Below, piece by piece: positions 40,201-48,014 of a DNA stretch of 48,014 nucleotides. A program made the translations under genes and the position numbers. Each line of letters opens with the position of its first letter. The first letter of the stretch is position 1. The notes beneath the pieces were generated by a model. The model saw only the letters and a list, made by a program, of their open reading frames with translations, did not search any database and was not told where the DNA came from. This stretch comes from Acidimicrobiales bacterium (GTDB taxonomy: Bacteria > Actinomycetota > Acidimicrobiia > Acidimicrobiales > AC-14). The DNA is taken from contig DATACM010000356.1 in the NCBI GenBank assembly GCA_036259055.1, positions 1 to 48,014 of the forward strand. Direction: 5' to 3'.

Positions 40201-41583
40201 CTAGAGGCGCCGGAGCCATGTCTCGGTGTCCTGGTCGTCGAGGTCGGCGAACAGCTTCTCCCGGATCTCGATGTTGTTGCCGATGTTCGCCACCGTCAGG
40301 TCGGGGTAGGCGCTGTACCAGACTCGGCTGCGCACCTGGCTGTAGCGGGCGAAGGCCTTGAGGCGGTCGCCGTCCCTGGCTCCGTCGAGGATGAGGAACT
40401 TGGCCGGCGGGTAGCCGATTTGGTTGTCGGTGTTGGCCCACACCGCGTTGAGGCCGAAGGCGGCCAGGTCGATGAAGTCGTTGAGGTAGCTCTCCCAGCT
40501 CCCGTCGAAGTTGGAGAGGAAGACGACGCTCGTGTCGTTGCTGGTGAGGACCCACCGGGCGAAGTGGACGGAGGTGATCCCGCCCAGCTTCCCCCGGTTG
40601 GCCACCAGCCTGACCGCGACGATCACGACGGCGAACACCACCTTCAGCAGGGTGAGGCGGAAGCGGCTCGGCTTGACGAACGTGACGCTGGCCAGGTGGT
40701 TCTGGAGCTGGAAATCCTCCCGCTCGACGACGTGGCCGAGGGCCTGGCTCCACTGGGCGTAGGCGGTCTGCCAGTCGGGCTTGCGCCGGGCGTCCTTCTT
40801 GTCGTCCTGGATCTCGTGGTAGCGCAGCACGGCGGCGAACGCCCCGAAGGCCGAGCCGAGCGCCCAAAGCGCCAGCTTGGCCAGGAGCCGCGACGTGCGG
40901 CTGGACTTCCGGGAGACGGCGGTGCGGACCAGCTTGTAGAGCCCGAAGAGGATCGGATAGCTGCCGAAGACGGCCAGCTCGGCCCCGTACCTCACGAGGA
41001 AGGGCCGGGGGAGCTCGTGCTGGGCCCATTCGAGGGACGGCTCGCGTCGGACGAACTCCTGGATGCGCCGGCGCACCTCCTGCGGGGGCTGGGAACCCAG
41101 GTCGGTGGTCGCCATGGCCTCGTCGAGGAACTCGCCGATGCGGACCCGCAGCTGCTCCTCCTGGCGGATGGTCGTCACCGTGCGCCCGGGCCAGGCGACG
41201 AACATGGCGCCGGGACCGATGTCGTGGGACACGAGGTACTCGACGAGGGCGGCGTGGTCGTCGGTGCCCGAGGCCGGGTAGCCGGCGCAGTGCTGGTAGA
41301 TCCGGCCGAGCCCGGGCGCCGCCCGAGCGACCAGGTCGCCGAGGAAGCCCCGGACCTCGCCGTCGATGCTCCCCTCGAACAGGAGGTAGGGGTCGGCCGT
41401 GCCGTCCTCGACCACGATCATGCTCGAGTAGTGCAGGCGGTCGAGGTCGACGAAGGGGATGTGCGGGTTGCGCCTGATGTCGCCCCCGATGGCGTCGAGC
41501 AGGTCCTCCAGGTCGGCGGTGTGGCCCGGCACGATCCTGGTGACGATCGTGAAGCCTCGCTGGGGCGGGACGCGGTCCTTCAC
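40201..41583 (-). CDS. membrane-anchored protein of unknown function that looks internally duplicated
   Basis: GTG 41583 overlaps the upstream P450 stop (GTGA), and the gene ends 14 nt before the DyP ATG. The N-half is 'FTIVTRIVPG...LHYSSMIVVEDG...YLLFEGSIDG'. There are two central TM helices. The C-half is 'ITSVHFARWVLTSND..VVFLSNFDGSWESYLNDFID'. Confidence 0.7.
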   Translation of the reverse strand: MKDRVPPQRGFTIVTRIVPGHTADLEDLLDAIGGDIRRNPHIPFVDLDRLHYSSMIVVEDGTADPYLLFEGSIDGEVRGFLGDLVARAAPGLGRIYQHCAGYPASGTDDHAALVEYLVSHDIGPGAMFVAWPGRTVTTIRQEEQLRVRIGEFLDEAMATTDLGSQPPQEVRRRIQEFVRREPSLEWAQHELPRPFLVRYGAELAVFGSYPILFGLYKLVRTAVSRKSSRTSRLLAKLALWALGSAFGAFAAVLRYHEIQDDKKDARRKPDWQTAYAQWSQALGHVVEREDFQLQNHLASVTFVKPSRFRLTLLKVVFAVVIVAVRLVANRGKLGGITSVHFARWVLTSNDTSVVFLSNFDGSWESYLNDFIDLAAFGLNAVWANTDNQIGYPPAKFLILDGARDGDRLKAFARYSQVRSRVWYSAYPDLTVANIGNNIEIREKLFADLDDQDTETWLRRL

Positions 41584-42854
41584 CTCAGCTCCTCGCGGGG
41601 GGCGAAGTCGACGAGGAGGCGGTCGGGGAACGGTCCGTCGTAGACGATCCTGCCGTCGGCACCGGGGGCGAGGCGCAGGTCGTCCAGCTGCACGAGGGCG
41701 GCGGCGACCTCGGGCATCTGCACGAGGTTGACGTGCTCGCCGAAGCACGTGTGCATCCCGTGGCCGAAGTGCAGGTAGGCCTCCTGGGGCCGGTCGGTGC
41801 GGAACCGGTCCGGCTCGGGGAACGCATCGGCGTCGAACATCGCCGCACCGATGGCCAGGTAGACGAGGCAGCCGGCGGGGACCCGCTGCTCGCGGCGCGT
41901 CCCTTGGGCGATGGCGGTCTCCCGCGCCGCCTTGCGGGCGAGGGCGGGGTTGAGGGGGTTGAAGCGGAGGGCCTCGAGGACGAAAGGGGTGAGCGCCTCC
42001 CCACCGCCCGCCCGCGCCGCCTGGCGGGCCCCCGCCACGATCTCCGGCCGGCGCAGGAGCTCGAAGACGGCGTGGGTCGTGGCCTTCGACGTCGTGTCGA
42101 GGGCGCCGACGACGACGCCTCCGATGTTGCGGATGATCCCCTCGTCGCTGAGGTGGGTCTCGGGCTCGCCGGCCAGGCGCACGAGGCGGGTGAAGAAGTC
42201 GTCGGGCGCGGCGCCGTCCCCGTCGGCGATCTGCGCCCGGCGCTCGGCGATCAGCTGGTGGACGTAGGCGTGGAACTCGGCGCCCGACGCCTCCCCGGCC
42301 TTCTGCACACCGGGGTCGCGGGTGACGTTCATGAACGTCTCGTAGAAGATGCTGCGCATCCACCGCATCAACGTGGCCTCGTCGGGCCCGGGGATGCCGA
42401 AGTAGGAGCTGATCACCCGGGCGGCGGTGACCCGGGCCAGGCCGTTGACGACGTCGATCCGCCCGTGGGCACGGGCGGCGTCGATCAGCTCGCCAGCGGT
42501 GGTGCGGACGAGCTCCCGGATGCGGTCGAGGTCGCCCGGGTGCACGCAGCGCTCGAGGATCCCGTTCTCCCGGTCGTACTGCGGCCCCCGGTCCATGCCC
42601 AGGACGAAGGGCCCGTTGACCCGGTCCATCACCGGGGCGTTGAGCTCGGAGATGGTGAAGTCCTCGTCGCGGCGGAAGACGTCGACGCAGTCGGCGTGGC
42701 GGCTGACGACGGCGGTCCTCCCGACGACGAGCACCGGAGCGAACTGGCGCAGCGCCCGGAAGGCCACCCTGATGGGCCCGTAGTTGTTGAGCTGCGCCAC
42801 CAGGCGCAGCTTGACGAGCTGGGCCAACCGCCGCCCACGACCGGACCGTGCCAT
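41580..42854 (-). CDS. cytochrome P450 (second of two)
   Basis: I-helix 'GALDTTS', 'EALRFNP' (ExxR), haem loop 'FGHGMHTCFG'. Confidence 0.9.
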   Translation of the reverse strand: MARSGRGRRLAQLVKLRLVAQLNNYGPIRVAFRALRQFAPVLVVGRTAVVSRHADCVDVFRRDEDFTISELNAPVMDRVNGPFVLGMDRGPQYDRENGILERCVHPGDLDRIRELVRTTAGELIDAARAHGRIDVVNGLARVTAARVISSYFGIPGPDEATLMRWMRSIFYETFMNVTRDPGVQKAGEASGAEFHAYVHQLIAERRAQIADGDGAAPDDFFTRLVRLAGEPETHLSDEGIIRNIGGVVVGALDTTSKATTHAVFELLRRPEIVAGARQAARAGGGEALTPFVLEALRFNPLNPALARKAARETAIAQGTRREQRVPAGCLVYLAIGAAMFDADAFPEPDRFRTDRPQEAYLHFGHGMHTCFGEHVNLVQMPEVAAALVQLDDLRLAPGADGRIVYDGPFPDRLLVDFAPREELR

Positions 42855-42875
42855 CCCGCGGCAGCCTATGCCGGA

Positions 42876-44186
42876 TCAGTGGCTCGCCACGCGTAGCGGT
42901 AGGCCGCCCTTGGGGCGGAGGGCGAACTGGGGGACGGGCTGGACGGGCTTCTCGGCGGCGGGGTGGAACGACCACCGCTGGCTCAGGGTGGCGACCAGCA
43001 GCGGCAGGGCCATCGACGCGAAGTGCTCGCCAAGGCAGGTCCGGAAGCCCAACGAGAAGGGGAAGTAGGGCGCGGCGGCGAGGTCCTGGCGCGTCCAGCG
43101 GTCCGGGGAGAAGGTGGTCGGGTCGGGGTACCACCGTCCGTCCCGCTGGGTCACGAAGGGGCTCACGAGCACGTACGACTTGGCCGGGATGGTGTAACCG
43201 CCCAGCTCCTGATTGCCCGCCGCCTGGCGGAGCATCCCCCAACCGATGGCGTACAGCCGCAGCGACTCCTTCACCACGGTGCCGAGGTACGGCATCCGCT
43301 CGACGCTCTCCGCGGTGGGCCGCTCTCCGCCCAGGACGCCGTCGACCTCGGCATGCAGGCGGTCTTGCTCGGCCGGGTTGCGAGCCAGCTCGTAGAACGT
43401 CCACGTGAGGGCATCGGCGACGGTCTCCCACGCGGCCAGGAACATGAAGACGGCCTCGTCCCGCGCCTCGGCATCGGTCAGCGGCGCGCCGCCTTCGCCG
43501 TCGTGGGCGAGCATCATCGCCAAGAGGCTCGAGGTCGGGTCACCCGAGTCGCGTGCCCTGCGGGTCATCTGGTCGATGTAGCTGTCGACCCGCTCCCTGC
43601 CCCGCCGCATCCGGGTCGTGCTGGGCAGCGGCAGCCGGTCGAGGAGGGGGCCGATGGGAAGGTTGTAGCGCTGGGCCCGGGCGAGGACGGCGTCGAGTGC
43701 CTCCTGCACATCGGGCGCCTCCGTCTCGACGGGCGAGGCGAACAGGGCCCGGCCCGAGATGCGGAACATGAGCTCGAGCATCTGGCCGTGCAGGTCGATG
43801 ACGCCGTCCCGCCATTCGTCCCGGAGCCGCGCCCCCTGGTCCGCCACCTCGCCGGCGTACCGGGCGACCGACGGCGGCGCCATCGCCGGCTCGGCGATCA
43901 GCCGGTGGCGGCGGTGCTCCGCTCCCTCCAGTGTCTGCAGGTTGTCGCCCACCGCCGGTCGGACGTCACCTAGCCCCTTCGGCTTCCGGAACTGGTCCCG
44001 ACGAGTGTCGAGGACCTCCCGGATGAGATCGGGCCGGTTGACGAAGAACACCCTGACGCCTGGGAGCAGCGCCAGCTCAGTGACGTCGTGGCCCTCAGCG
44101 GCGACCCGCTGGAAGAGCCCAAGGATGTCCCCGAGCAGCCCGAGGAAGTTGGGGACCGGCGATCCGAACCTCGGGGGGGCGCTCAT
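42876..44186 (-). CDS. cytochrome P450 (first of two; start 44186, 44195 or 44222)
   Basis: I-helix 'LAAWETVA', 'ESLRLYA' (ExxR), haem loop 'FPFSLGFRTCLG'. Confidence 0.9.
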   Translation of the reverse strand: MSAPPRFGSPVPNFLGLLGDILGLFQRVAAEGHDVTELALLPGVRVFFVNRPDLIREVLDTRRDQFRKPKGLGDVRPAVGDNLQTLEGAEHRRHRLIAEPAMAPPSVARYAGEVADQGARLRDEWRDGVIDLHGQMLELMFRISGRALFASPVETEAPDVQEALDAVLARAQRYNLPIGPLLDRLPLPSTTRMRRGRERVDSYIDQMTRRARDSGDPTSSLLAMMLAHDGEGGAPLTDAEARDEAVFMFLAAWETVADALTWTFYELARNPAEQDRLHAEVDGVLGGERPTAESVERMPYLGTVVKESLRLYAIGWGMLRQAAGNQELGGYTIPAKSYVLVSPFVTQRDGRWYPDPTTFSPDRWTRQDLAAAPYFPFSLGFRTCLGEHFASMALPLLVATLSQRWSFHPAAEKPVQPVPQFALRPKGGLPLRVASH

Positions 44187-44233
44187 CGCCGCCATTGAAG
44201 CAAACGCCTCGCGAGCGGGCATACTCGTCGCCC

Positions 44234-44551
44234 GTGGCCACCCCCAAAGAGACAAGCGCCTTCCGCGTCGTCGCCATCATCGAGGCCGTCACCTACCTGG
44301 TGTTGCTGGCCGCCGTGGTCCTGTACCGGGTGTTCGACGGCCCGGACTACATCGGCTTCCTCGGGCCCGTGCACGGCATCGCCTTCCTCGTCTACCTCGT
44401 GCTCGTCCTGCGGATCCGCGAAGGCCAGGGATGGGGATTCTGGCGGACGATCGTCGTCATCCTCGCCGCCGCCGTCCCCTTCGGGGGGTTTTGGGCGGGC
44501 CGCCACCTGGTCGAGGAAGAGGTCGGCCCTTCAGCTACCCCGCGGCCCTGA
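44234..44551 (+). CDS. DUF3817 family integral membrane protein (start uncertain; track gives TTG 44195)
   Basis: 'AFRVVAIIEAVTYLVLLAAVVLYRVF...GPVHGIAFLVYLVLVL...RTIVVILAAAVPFGGFW'. Confidence 0.7.
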   Translation: MATPKETSAFRVVAIIEAVTYLVLLAAVVLYRVFDGPDYIGFLGPVHGIAFLVYLVLVLRIREGQGWGFWRTIVVILAAAVPFGGFWAGRHLVEEEVGPSATPRP

Positions 44552-45707
44552 GGGCGGCGGCCGCCTCGAGCCGTACGCGGAAGTCGGGATCGTCGGCGTG
44601 GGCGGCGATCGCTTCGCGACTGGGCTCGGGGCCGAGCTCGGCCAGCCCGCGCAGGGCCTTCCACCGCACCCACGCGTCGGCGTCGTCCAGCGCCTCCTCG
44701 AGCAGCGGCCGCAGGTCCGCACGGCCGACGTCGACAACCGCGTCCACGGCCGCCCGCCGCACCGACCGGACGGGGTCGGCGGCGAGTCGGGCCCACTCGG
44801 CGGCGGCCACGCCGGCGTCGCCCTCGCGTAGCAGGCTGGCCGCGACCTGACGCCGCGCCGCGTCGTCGCTCCGTGCCGCCGCCCGGACCTTCTCCAGGTC
44901 GGCGGGGTCGCCGGGACGGAGGGACCGCAGCTCCCGCCAGGCCTGCTCCAGGCGGCTGCGGCGCCGCCCGGCGGTGTCGCCGCTCTGCGCCGATCCCACT
45001 GCGCCGGCTCCGGCGGGACCTCCCATGACGCGCGGGGGACCGGCGTCGGGATCGCCTCCGGGCGACGAGAACTCCTCGGCGACGACGTTCAAGACGGGCA
45101 TGAGCAGGCGTTCCCACTGGGTCGGCCGGTGCAGCCCGACGGCGACGAAGTCGGGGCCGACCAGCACGTTGTCCACGTCGGGGAACTCATCGAACAGCCG
45201 GGCGGCGGCGGGGTCGTCCCGTGCCCGTTCGGCTGACTCGTACCACCGGCTCGGACCGTCGTGGATGGGGCCGACCTGGAAGCGGATCGTGCGGGGGTTC
45301 GGCGTGGCCTCGGGCACGACGGGGCCGTCGAAGCTGGCGGCCAGCAGGTCGTCGGCCGCCCGGCTCGCACCGGCGGGCTCGATGGCGGCACCGCCCGTCG
45401 ACGCGACCCGTACCGTGAAGCGCCCCGCCTCCCAGCCGTACTCGAGGGTGAGCTCGGCGTCCAGGGCCCGGCGCCAGGTCCCGTCTCCGGGGCCGACGGC
45501 GTCGGCGAGGGCGTCGTCCTCGGCCCGTCCCCAGGGCTCGGCCGAGAAGAAGCGCATGAGCAGCTTCTTGGTGGGCCCGAGGGACTCGAACGGCAGACCC
45601 TTCAAGGCGCCGGTCAGGTGGTCGAACGCCGCCCGGACCAGGCCCCGCTCGACCACCAGACGCCGGGCCGCGTCGAGAGTGGGGCCGGTGGTCGACACGG
45701 GCCGCAC
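44535..45707 (-). CDS. Nfu/NifU-N-domain protein with C-terminal HEAT (PBS-lyase type) repeats
   Basis: 'TPNPRTIRFQVGP ... NVLVGPDFVAVGLHRPTQWERLLMPVLNVVAEEF' is the Nfu_N-like part. The HEAT-like repeats are 'DPVRSVRRAAVDAVV', 'DADAWVRWKALRGLAELG' and 'DPDFRVRLEAAAAL'. Confidence 0.7.
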   Translation of the reverse strand: MRPVSTTGPTLDAARRLVVERGLVRAAFDHLTGALKGLPFESLGPTKKLLMRFFSAEPWGRAEDDALADAVGPGDGTWRRALDAELTLEYGWEAGRFTVRVASTGGAAIEPAGASRAADDLLAASFDGPVVPEATPNPRTIRFQVGPIHDGPSRWYESAERARDDPAAARLFDEFPDVDNVLVGPDFVAVGLHRPTQWERLLMPVLNVVAEEFSSPGGDPDAGPPRVMGGPAGAGAVGSAQSGDTAGRRRSRLEQAWRELRSLRPGDPADLEKVRAAARSDDAARRQVAASLLREGDAGVAAAEWARLAADPVRSVRRAAVDAVVDVGRADLRPLLEEALDDADAWVRWKALRGLAELGPEPSREAIAAHADDPDFRVRLEAAAALRAAG

Positions 45708-45823
45708 GATACCCGGAGCGCCCGGGCGTCGATTGGGACATTCGCGACATTCGGATCAAGCGCGACATTGCGCTATCCTGCGGAGATCACCTGACGACAC
45801 GGGCGGCGACAACGGGGGCGCCC

Positions 45824-46720
45824 GTGGACACATGGATCGTTCAGCTCGAGGCCACGAGCACCGAGCACACCGGGCCGATCGACAGGGGGAGCGTCGCGCA
45901 CCTGCTCGGAGCGCTCGGCGCCCATCCGGTCGGGCTGCACACGCCTGGGCGCTGCCTCGTCCAGCTGAGGATCGCAAGCGACAGCCCGGCGGAGGCCCTC
46001 GGCGCTGCCCTCGCCCGCTGGGAGGAGGCCTTCCAGGCGCTCGGGCGCCCGCCCTGGCGGATCGTGAGAACAGACGTGCTCGCGCCCGACGAGCTGGAAC
46101 GGGAGTTCGAGGACGAGGACCTCCAGGCCACCTTCGGCACCGTCCGGGTGCCCGACGAGGGCGACGGCGTCGCCGACGAGCTTCTCCGGCGCGCGTTCTC
46201 CGACGCCCTGACGAACCTGGCCAACGAGGAGGCGTTCCGAGCGCATGTCCACGCCGCGCTGGCTCGGTCGCGCCGGCTCGGCACGACCGCGGCCGTCGTG
46301 TGCATCGACCTCGGCACCGTTCCCACGGTCGACGACCGCTCGGGCGCGGCGCCGAACGACGATCTCCTCGTCACGGTGGCCCGGAACCTCAGGACGAACC
46401 TGCGGGCGTCCGACACGCTGGCTCGTGTCGGCCACGACCGGTTCGCCGTCGTGACCCAGAGCAGCTCGTCGGACAGCGCCGTCGTGCTGGCCGAGCGACT
46501 CCTGGACGCCGTCAACGTCCGGGCCGTCATCGACGGCGAGGTCGTCGTCCCGAGGGCGCAGGCCGGTGTCGCCCTGAGCGAGCCGACGGACACTGCGGAG
46601 CGCCTCTACGAGAAGGCGCGTGGCGCTTTGACCTTGGCCACGAGAACTCCAGAGGCCCGCTGCAAGGTCTGGGGCGCGCCCACGTCGCCACCGGGTGCCG
46701 TGCGCCTCCCACCTTGCTGA
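45824..46720 (+). CDS. degenerate GGDEF-domain protein (GHDRF) with unknown N-domain
   Basis: 'DALTNLANEEAF ... AVVCIDLG ... RASDTLARVGHDRFAVV'. GGDEF is replaced by GHDRF, but an RxxD sits five residues upstream. Confidence 0.7.
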   Translation: MDTWIVQLEATSTEHTGPIDRGSVAHLLGALGAHPVGLHTPGRCLVQLRIASDSPAEALGAALARWEEAFQALGRPPWRIVRTDVLAPDELEREFEDEDLQATFGTVRVPDEGDGVADELLRRAFSDALTNLANEEAFRAHVHAALARSRRLGTTAAVVCIDLGTVPTVDDRSGAAPNDDLLVTVARNLRTNLRASDTLARVGHDRFAVVTQSSSSDSAVVLAERLLDAVNVRAVIDGEVVVPRAQAGVALSEPTDTAERLYEKARGALTLATRTPEARCKVWGAPTSPPGAVRLPPC

Positions 46721-46821
46721 GACGCCATGTAGCCGTCGTGCCACCACACGTCGCAGGACGGCCACCACTGCGTAGTCTGGTTGCCCATGCTTCGTCGACC
46801 ATCGCCGAGAGGCAGCGCCAC

Positions 46822-47526
46822 GTGAGACCGTCGACACCGCCTCCCCCAGTGGTCGCCTCAGGGCCCGGCACTGCCGGCGACGCGCCCGAGCTCCGCCAAC
46901 GCGAGGAGGAGGCCGCCGACTTCTGCCTGAGGGCGCTCAGGGCCGCCACGGTGGCACCGCTGCTCGACGACGCGGTGGCCACTGCCGCCCGGGTCCTCGG
47001 GTGCCAGCTGGTTCGCGTCGTCGAGCTCCGCGACGATGGCGAGGAGGTCGTTGTCGCGGTAAGCGGTGTCGGGGAGCGGGCACAGGTCTTCGTCGAGGGC
47101 GCCGGGACGGGCGTGGAGGTGCCGGTTCCTGGCCGGACGCGCCCCTTCGGCGTACTCGGCGCCTACAGCAAGACGGCGCGCGGGTTCCCGCCGGCCGACG
47201 TCGGCTTCCTCCAGATCCTCGCCATCAGCACGGGGCACGCCGTCGAGCGCCTGAGGCGCGACCGAACACCCACGGCCGACGTGGGCGCCGACGCCGGCAT
47301 CGCCGTCCACGACCTCAGCAATCTCCTGACGGTCATCGCCGGGAACGTGGAGCTGGTCCTCGACGGGTACGAGGCCGACAGCCCACGGCCCCCCGAGCTG
47401 GACGCCATCGCGCACGCTGCTCGCCGAGCCGAGGAGGTCCTTCAGCGGCTCCTGGCCTCGGCGGAGCCGTCGGCGACCAGGGGCGGGAGTGCCCCGACCG
47501 GGACGCGACAGGCCATCGATCGTTAG
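46822..47526 (+). CDS. GAF + HisKA (DHp) protein lacking a catalytic ATPase domain (start 46822 or 46849)
   Basis: GAF-like 'LLDDAVATAARVLGCQLVRVVELRDDGEEVV...RPFGVLGAYS'. H-box 'AVHDLSNLLTVIAGNVELV'. The stop comes about 55 aa after the His, 2 nt before the response regulator gene. Confidence 0.6.
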   Translation: MRPSTPPPPVVASGPGTAGDAPELRQREEEAADFCLRALRAATVAPLLDDAVATAARVLGCQLVRVVELRDDGEEVVVAVSGVGERAQVFVEGAGTGVEVPVPGRTRPFGVLGAYSKTARGFPPADVGFLQILAISTGHAVERLRRDRTPTADVGADAGIAVHDLSNLLTVIAGNVELVLDGYEADSPRPPELDAIAHAARRAEEVLQRLLASAEPSATRGGSAPTGTRQAIDR

Positions 47527-47528
47527 CG

Positions 47529-48014
47529 GTGCGCCTCCTGATCGTCGAAGACGACCGCGAGGTGATCGGCCTCCTCCGGCGAGCGCTCAACCGGGACGGG
47601 CACGTGCTCGATGTCACGGAGAACGGAGCCGAGGCCTTGTGGCTGGCGGCGGAGTGCTCCTACGACGTCATCGTCCTCGACGTCAACGTGCCGCCGCCCG
47701 ACGGCTTCGAGATCTGTCGTCGCCTGCGCGAGTCAGGCGACTGGACCCCCGTCATCTTCCTCACCGGGCGCCAGGACGTCGCCGATCGCGTCGCCGGGCT
47801 CGACTCGGGGGCCGACGACTACCTGGCCAAGCCGTTCTCGCTCGAGGAGCTCAACGCCCGACTGCGAGCCGTTGCCCGGCGCCGGGCGCAGGAGCGGCCC
47901 ACCGTGCTGCACGTCGGTGACCTCGAGATCGATCCGGCGACCCGCAGGGTGAGGCGCGGTCAGCAGGACATCGAGCTGACGTCGAAGGAGTTCGCCCTCC
48001 TCGAGCTGCTGGCC
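47529..48014 (+). CDS. OmpR/PhoB family response regulator (3' end outside window)
   Basis: This is my own translation from GTG 47529 in a frame that stays open to the window end, so it is absent from the ORF track. 'VRLLIVEDDREV...YDVIVLDVNVPPPDGFEICRRLR...PVIFLTGR...GADDYLAKPFSLEEL' is followed by the start of the winged helix 'LHVGDLEIDPATRRV..IELTSKEFALLELLA'. Confidence 0.85.
   Translation, partial: MRLLIVEDDREVIGLLRRALNRDGHVLDVTENGAEALWLAAECSYDVIVLDVNVPPPDGFEICRRLRESGDWTPVIFLTGRQDVADRVAGLDSGADDYLAKPFSLEELNARLRAVARRRAQERPTVLHVGDLEIDPATRRVRRGQQDIELTSKEFALLELLA

Noticed and set aside
1-48014. CRISPR arrays, tRNA/rRNA genes, transposases, integrases, prophage structural genes
   Set aside because: By eye I found no regularly spaced direct repeats, no tRNA-like T-arm/anticodon architecture in the intergenic regions, and no DDE, tyrosine-recombinase or serine-recombinase motifs in any frame. 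Only the short palindromic modules repeat, with two to three copies.

Overview
This is a very high-GC, strongly GC3-biased actinobacterial-type chromosomal segment. I recognised no rRNA, tRNA, CRISPR array, integrase or transposase. About 55 protein genes can be supported. Most long Arg/Pro/Gly-rich ORFs in the six-frame track are shadow frames of these genes. Core content: Lon protease; TetR and HxlR regulators; two tandem HtrA-like proteases; pirin; aldehyde dehydrogenase; base-excision repair genes (Fpg/Nei, family-5 UDG); the actinobacterial phosphomutase/DUF3090/SCO1664 trio; an anti-sigma plus SigB/F-type sigma pair; a DAG-kinase-like / WhiB1-like / PdtaS-like block arranged as around M. 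tuberculosis whiB1-pdtaS; paired ArsA/Get3-like ATPases plus DUF3107; an Fe-S/sulfur block (Rrf2, Mrp, HTH regulator, cysteine desulfurase, sirA, cysH); and a c-di-GMP/two-component block at the 3' end. Three things stand out. (i) A lower-GC3 three-gene cassette at 27.39-29.40 kb (zinc-ribbon microprotein, 3-TM protein, SDH-family ClpP-fold serine protease) has no assignable pathway and is a candidate uncharacterised conflict/defence-type module. (ii) A tightly coupled minus-strand operon at 38.76-44.19 kb (P450, P450, a 460-aa membrane-anchored protein of unknown function that looks internally duplicated, DyP-type peroxidase) has no redox partner or scaffold-forming biosynthetic gene. (iii) A 51-nt intergenic module built from CGAwC-N-GwTCG palindromes recurs with identical geometry at two loci, plus a half copy at a third. 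Smaller observations: a CTG-initiated Fpg with a C-D-C-H zinc finger, a frameshifted secreted-protein gene, a cysA-like ABC ATPase relic, a perfect CRP-type site before whiB, a degenerate GGDEF protein and a HisKA-only kinase-like protein. All family assignments come from motif recognition by eye; no searches were run.
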